From NCBI RefSeq assembly GCF_000582685.1, contig NZ_KK073768.1:3928917-3937344 (forward strand): 8,428 bases of DNA. The letters run 5' to 3'. Both the position numbers and the translations under genes were made by a program. The notes under the pieces are model-generated. The model saw only the letters and a program-made list of their open reading frames with translations. It had not been told where the DNA came from and searched no databases. Of the stretch, positions 5,369-8,428 are shown piece after piece (the stretch's first letter is position 1; every line of letters begins with the position of its first letter). This stretch comes from [Scytonema hofmanni] UTEX 2349 (GTDB taxonomy: Bacteria > Cyanobacteriota > Cyanobacteriia > Cyanobacteriales > Nostocaceae).

Positions 5369-5510
5369 AAGGAGGGGTAAAGGGGAAATAAAAAAGGAAA
5401 AAGGAAGAAACATTAGGGTTTGTTCATCGGCTTTTAACCATCGCTCTGGCAATCCCCATATCAATTTCTTCTCCCTTTCCCCTTTCCCCTTTAACCTTTC
5501 CCCCTCTTCT
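5369..5510. repeat. Inverted purine-rich and pyrimidine-rich arms; the right arm is a heptamer (CCCCTTT) tandem array, STRR-like
   Basis: 5369-5410 reads AAGGAGGGGTAAAGGGGAAATAAAAAAGGAAAAAGGAAGAAA. 5471-5506 reads CTCCCTTT CCCCTTT CCCCTTT AACCTTT CCCCCTC. The arms are partly complementary (GAGGGG/CCCCTC, AAAGG/CCTTT, AAA/TTT) and separated by about 55 nt. Confidence 0.75.
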
Positions 5511-5546
5511 TGATAGGTTGGACTGGTGTCGTCGTAAATTGTTCCC

Positions 5547-6101
5547 ATGAGAATACAAATGTACAAGCAAAAGCGCCTCAAGAGTCAATTTTTATTTGGC
5601 GATCGCTGGTTTGATCGACATGCAATTGTTCGCAACATGGAGGCTTTCCAAGACTTAATCGTTATAATTCTGTGTTTGACTTTGTTTGTTGTGATGGTAA
5701 TGCAGTTGTGGGGGATATTTACTGCCCTCACTCAGGCATTAGACTATAAATATGTGACTTCCAAGATGCTATTTATCTTGATTCTGGTTGAGTTATTTCG
5801 ATTGCTCATAGTTTACTTACAAGAACATAGTATTTCTGTCGGTGTAGCAGTGGAAGTAACAATTGTATCTGTATTGCGAGAAATAGTTGTTCATGGAGCG
5901 TTAGAAATTTCTTGGATGCAAACAGCCGCAATGTGTGGCTTATTGTTTATTCTTGGTATGCTATTAGTAGTGTGTGCCAAAACCCCACATATGGATTGCA
6001 TTAGTGCTAACACCAAATATTGTCCTATTAGGCATCGAGGAGGTAGAGAACATCAAAACGAATTCTCACATTATAGTGATGAAAATAAACCCGTTGCATA
6101 A
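5547..6101 (+). CDS. PsiE-like (phosphate-starvation-inducible protein E family) integral membrane protein; start codon uncertain (5547, 5559 or 5637)
   Basis: Four predicted transmembrane helices. The core LFILILVELFRLLIVYLQEHSISVGVAVEVTIVSVLREIVV resembles the E. coli PsiE segment [40 protein letters not shown], recalled from memory. No clear Shine-Dalgarno sequence. Confidence 0.6.
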   Translation: MRIQMYKQKRLKSQFLFGDRWFDRHAIVRNMEAFQDLIVIILCLTLFVVMVMQLWGIFTALTQALDYKYVTSKMLFILILVELFRLLIVYLQEHSISVGVAVEVTIVSVLREIVVHGALEISWMQTAAMCGLLFILGMLLVVCAKTPHMDCISANTKYCPIRHRGGREHQNEFSHYSDENKPVA

Positions 6102-6120
6102 TAGACATCTCCGCAAAATA

Positions 6121-6159
6121 TGTAGAGACGTAGCAGTGCTACGTCTCTACAAGGGTTTT
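6121..6159 (+). terminator. Strong hairpin plus T-run 20 nt after the PsiE-like stop; also a member of the GTAGAGACG...CGTCTCTAC palindromic repeat family
   Basis: Perfect 14-bp stem TGTAGAGACGTAGC (6121-6134) / GCTACGTCTCTACA (6138-6151), 3-nt loop, followed by AGGGTTTTG. Confidence 0.6.
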
Positions 6160-6161
6160 GG

Positions 6162-6300
6162 ATAGCGCATAATTAATTTTGGTCGATGTAATTATGCAGC
6201 TATTCATGAGGTACAGAATATTGAATTAACCGCAGATGAAGATAGATAAACGCAGATGGACGCAGATAAGTTTGTACCTCAGCTGACTGGGAAGCGCTAT
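6162..6300. repeat. MITE-like nested inverted repeat enclosing four tandem decamers (CGCAGATGAA-type)
   Basis: Nested inverted repeats: ATAGCGC (6162-6168) / GCGCTAT (6294-6300), CAGCT (6197-6201) / AGCTG (6281-6285), and GAGGTACA (6208-6215) / TGTACCTC (6273-6280). The centre (6231-6270) reads CGCAGATGAA GATAGATAAA CGCAGATGGA CGCAGATAAG. Confidence 0.6.
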
Positions 6301-6441
6301 AAACTAGTGATGATATTCAACAAGTGGCAAATGCATCATACCAAGGTTGTTAATAATGTATTTGTAACTACGCTTTTGGGCAGATGAATGACTCTTTTAT
6401 GATGGGTACAAATTAATTAGCACCACTAGGAGGGTTAATTT

Positions 6442-6678
6442 ATGACTACAGGTAACGGAAATTCTCAACCCATTAGCAATCTTGAGTACGATTTTATCAC
6501 TGTGCTGCACAACAAGGCGGAAGCAGTTAAAGCTTACGAAACTTACATTCAAGATGCACAGCAAGCAGGTTCTCAACCTTGTGTAGAGTTGTTCGAGAAG
6601 TTGCGCTCTTCTGATATGGAACAAGCACAAGAAATCCGTCACCATCTGCAACAAGTAATGCAACACGGTAAAATGTAA
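6442..6678 (+). CDS. Small (78 aa) predicted all-helical hypothetical protein
   Basis: Strong ribosome-binding site GGAGGG (6429-6434) 7 nt before the ATG. Balanced, hydrophilic, helix-prone composition (EYDFITVLHNKAEAVKAYETYIQDAQQAG...MEQAQEIRHHLQQVMQHG). The overlapping antisense ORF has typical shadow-ORF composition. No family recognised. Confidence 0.65.
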   Translation: MTTGNGNSQPISNLEYDFITVLHNKAEAVKAYETYIQDAQQAGSQPCVELFEKLRSSDMEQAQEIRHHLQQVMQHGKM

Positions 6679-6767
6679 GGCTTGCACTCTTCATTAACAC
6701 ACAAGAGCGATCGCTTTCAAATTCCAGATAAAGTTGGATTCATAGCGATCGCTTTTTAGCATTGTAA

Positions 6768-6896
6768 CGTAGTAAGCACTTCAGTGCTTAAATCTAATTG
6801 AGCAATAAATTGCTCACTACGAATTACTCATATATTTAGGATAAATCTACCTAAAAGTAGATGCATTAATAATTGAGCAATAAATTGCTCACTACG
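6768..6896. repeat. Two copies of a 27-nt hairpin-containing repeat plus additional hairpins, upstream of the DUF1499-like gene
   Basis: TAATTGAGCAATAAATTGCTCACTACG occurs at 6795-6821 and 6870-6896; each contains the hairpin GAGCAAT/ATTGCTC. Extra hairpins are AAGCACT-TC-AGTGCTT (6774-6789) and ATCTAC-CTAAAA-GTAGAT (6845-6862). CGTAGTAAG (6768-6776) pairs with CTCACTACG (6813-6821) at 8 of 9 positions, enclosing the first unit. Confidence 0.75.
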
Positions 6897-6939
6897 TTGT
6901 AGAGTAATATACAGTGTATCTATTTATAAGAGCATAATT

Positions 6940-7335
6940 ATGGTTTTTGCTGGCAAACGACCAAACAATTTAGGTGTGAACAATGGGAAATTAGCACCTT
7001 GTCCTAATAGCCCTAACTGTGTTTCTAGTCAAAGTTCAGATGTCGGACATGCAATAGCACCGTTAACTTACAATTCTACCCCAGAACAAGCGATCGCTAA
7101 ACTCAAAAGTGTGATTCAATCTTTGCCTAGAACCAAAATCATCACAGAAAACAATGATTATTTGTATGCAGAATTTAAAAGCGCTTTAATGGGATTTGTC
7201 GATGATGTAGAATTTTATCTAGACCGCAAAGCCAACGTCATCCAAGTACGCTCGGCGTCGCGTTTGGGTCAAAGTGATTTGGGCGTAAACCGCAAACGCA
7301 TAGAGACGATTAGAGCCAAATTAACCAAAGTTTAA
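6940..7335 (+). CDS. DUF1499-family protein, 131 aa
   Basis: Hallmark motifs recalled for this family: CPNSPNCVSS, YLYAEFKSALMGFVDDVEF and RSASRLGQSDLGVNRKRIE. Confidence 0.8.
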   Translation: MVFAGKRPNNLGVNNGKLAPCPNSPNCVSSQSSDVGHAIAPLTYNSTPEQAIAKLKSVIQSLPRTKIITENNDYLYAEFKSALMGFVDDVEFYLDRKANVIQVRSASRLGQSDLGVNRKRIETIRAKLTKV

Positions 7336-7418
7336 TATAACCAACTTTAGCTAGAGGAAAATTAATCACTTTCTGTGTAGCATATTTAATCAGTTCTTGT
7401 CACAAAAAATGCATCATT

Positions 7419-8428
7419 ATGACCACAGCAGTTAGCACCCTAACCGTTTCCCCAATGGATCGGTATAATCAGGAGTTAATTGATAACCTTCATCCTCCAG
7501 ATTGGGTTAATCCTGAACCTGCACCGAGTTACAATTTAGTTGTCATTGGTGCGGGTACGGCTGGATTGGTAACTGCTGCCGGTGCAGCAATGTTAGGTGC
7601 GAAAGTAGCTTTGATAGAAAAGCACTTGATGGGCGGTGATTGTACTAATGTGGGTTGTATACCATCAAAAACTCTGATTCGCTCTGCACGGGTAGTTGCA
7701 GATATCTATTACGCACAAGAATTTGGCATTGACAACCGTCATCAGATTAACATTGATTTTCCGGCAGTGATGGAGCGGTTGCGACGAATACGGTCAGAAA
7801 TTAGTCCCAATGATTCTGCTAAACGCTTTCAAGAAGAATTTGGCGTTGATGTGTTTTTTGGCGAGGCTCGATTTAAAGATAGTGATAGGGTAGAAGTGGG
7901 CGAAAGTATTTTACACTTTAAAAAGGCGGCGATCGCTACAGGTTCGCACCCTAATAAATTAGCAATTGATGGTTTAAATGAAACAAAATATCTGACTAAT
8001 GAAAGCGTGTTTTCTCTGACACAATGCCCAAGTAGATTGGCAGTAATTGGTGGAGGTTACATCGGTTGCGAATTAGCTCAGACTTTTCAACGCTTAGGTT
8101 CACAAGTTATTTTACTACAAAGAGGTTCGCGCTTACTGAGTCGTGAAGATGCTCAAGCCGCAGAGATGATTCAAAAAGCTTTTGTGCGCGAGGGTATTGA
8201 ATTACGTTTTGAGTCTAAAATTAAACGCATTGAACACGACGATGCAGAAAAAGTCATTCGTTACGAGATTAACGGACAAGAGGAAGTGCTTGGAGTTGAT
8301 GAAATTTTAGTAGCGACTGGGCGATCGCCGAATGTAGAAAATTTGAATTTGGAAGCTGTGGGTGTAGAATATGATGAAAAGCAAGGTATTATAATTAATG
8401 ACTATTTACAGACAACTAATCCCCGAAT
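7419..8428 (+). CDS. Class-I pyridine-nucleotide disulfide oxidoreductase (mercuric reductase / dihydrolipoamide dehydrogenase-like), 5' portion; continues past the window end
   Basis: My own translation from ATG 7419 is open to the window end (336 codons): MTTAVSTLTVSPMDRYNQELIDNLHPPDWVNPEPAPSYNLVVIGAGTAGLVTAAGAAMLGAKVALIEKHLMGGDCTNVGCIPSKTLIRSAR... It has the FAD motif GAGTAG, the redox-active disulfide GGDCTNVGCIPSK, and the NAD(P)H motif VIGGGYIGCELAQ. It is absent from the ORF track because no stop lies within the window. Confidence 0.9.
   Translation, partial: MTTAVSTLTVSPMDRYNQELIDNLHPPDWVNPEPAPSYNLVVIGAGTAGLVTAAGAAMLGAKVALIEKHLMGGDCTNVGCIPSKTLIRSARVVADIYYAQEFGIDNRHQINIDFPAVMERLRRIRSEISPNDSAKRFQEEFGVDVFFGEARFKDSDRVEVGESILHFKKAAIATGSHPNKLAIDGLNETKYLTNESVFSLTQCPSRLAVIGGGYIGCELAQTFQRLGSQVILLQRGSRLLSREDAQAAEMIQKAFVREGIELRFESKIKRIEHDDAEKVIRYEINGQEEVLGVDEILVATGRSPNVENLNLEAVGVEYDEKQGIIINDYLQTTNPR

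Noticed and set aside
5318-5581. 87-aa minus-strand ORF
   Set aside because: Its sequence (GKGEREKK..., FLPFSFFISPLPLL) is simply a translation of the purine and pyrimidine heptamer tracts. It is low-complexity with no start context.
5974-6165. 63-aa plus-strand ORF
   Set aside because: It overlaps the 3' end of the PsiE-like CDS in another frame and runs through the terminator hairpin.
6397-6687. 96-aa minus-strand ORF
   Set aside because: It is antisense to the 78-aa ORF, which has a strong ribosome-binding site. Its composition is Leu/Cys/Phe-rich and shadow-like, and it has no ribosome-binding site.
6700-6760. AGCGATCGCTTT at about 6707 and about 6745 as terminators of the 78-aa gene
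   Set aside because: These are extended HIP1 palindromes. The self-complementary 10-mers cannot form stable hairpins (no loop), although the second is followed by a T-run.

Overview
The window looks like chromosomal DNA from a filamentous (Nostocales-type) cyanobacterium. It is AT-rich, carries about 17 copies of the HIP1 octamer GCGATCGC, has heptamer STRR-like repeats and small palindromic dispersed repeats, and contains an xisH/xisI pair. All family assignments come from reading the translations and motifs from memory; no database search was possible.

Gene content, left to right:
- The 3' part of a TPR protein made of near-identical 126-bp units (+).
- An orphan copy of the last 38 codons of an EF-G-like gene (-).
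- An xisH-xisI cassette (-).
- A complete, divergent EF-G-family GTPase (-).
- A secreted TPR protein (+).
- A PsiE-like membrane protein (+).
- A 78-aa helical protein of unknown function (+).
- A DUF1499-like protein (+).
- The 5' two-thirds of a class-I pyridine-nucleotide disulfide oxidoreductase, missing from the ORF track because it runs off the window (+).

The most interesting locus is 885-2156. The ~1-kb xisHI cassette lies between two direct copies (124 bp) of the EF-G-like gene's 3' end. These copies differ at four positions, and all four are synonymous third-codon-position transitions. That pattern suggests the cassette arrived with its own replacement gene end from another lineage, and it argues against a local duplication. 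Within the cassette, xisH is frameshifted exactly at a 35-nt imperfect palindrome. The shifted frame runs in-frame into xisI, which produces the 265-aa XisH-XisI fusion ORF seen in the track.

Several other repeat structures are described in the findings: phased 21-22-bp repeats, an in-frame 27-nt palindromic duplication inside a signal-peptide region, inverted heptamer arrays, a MITE-like hairpin, and duplicated hairpin modules.
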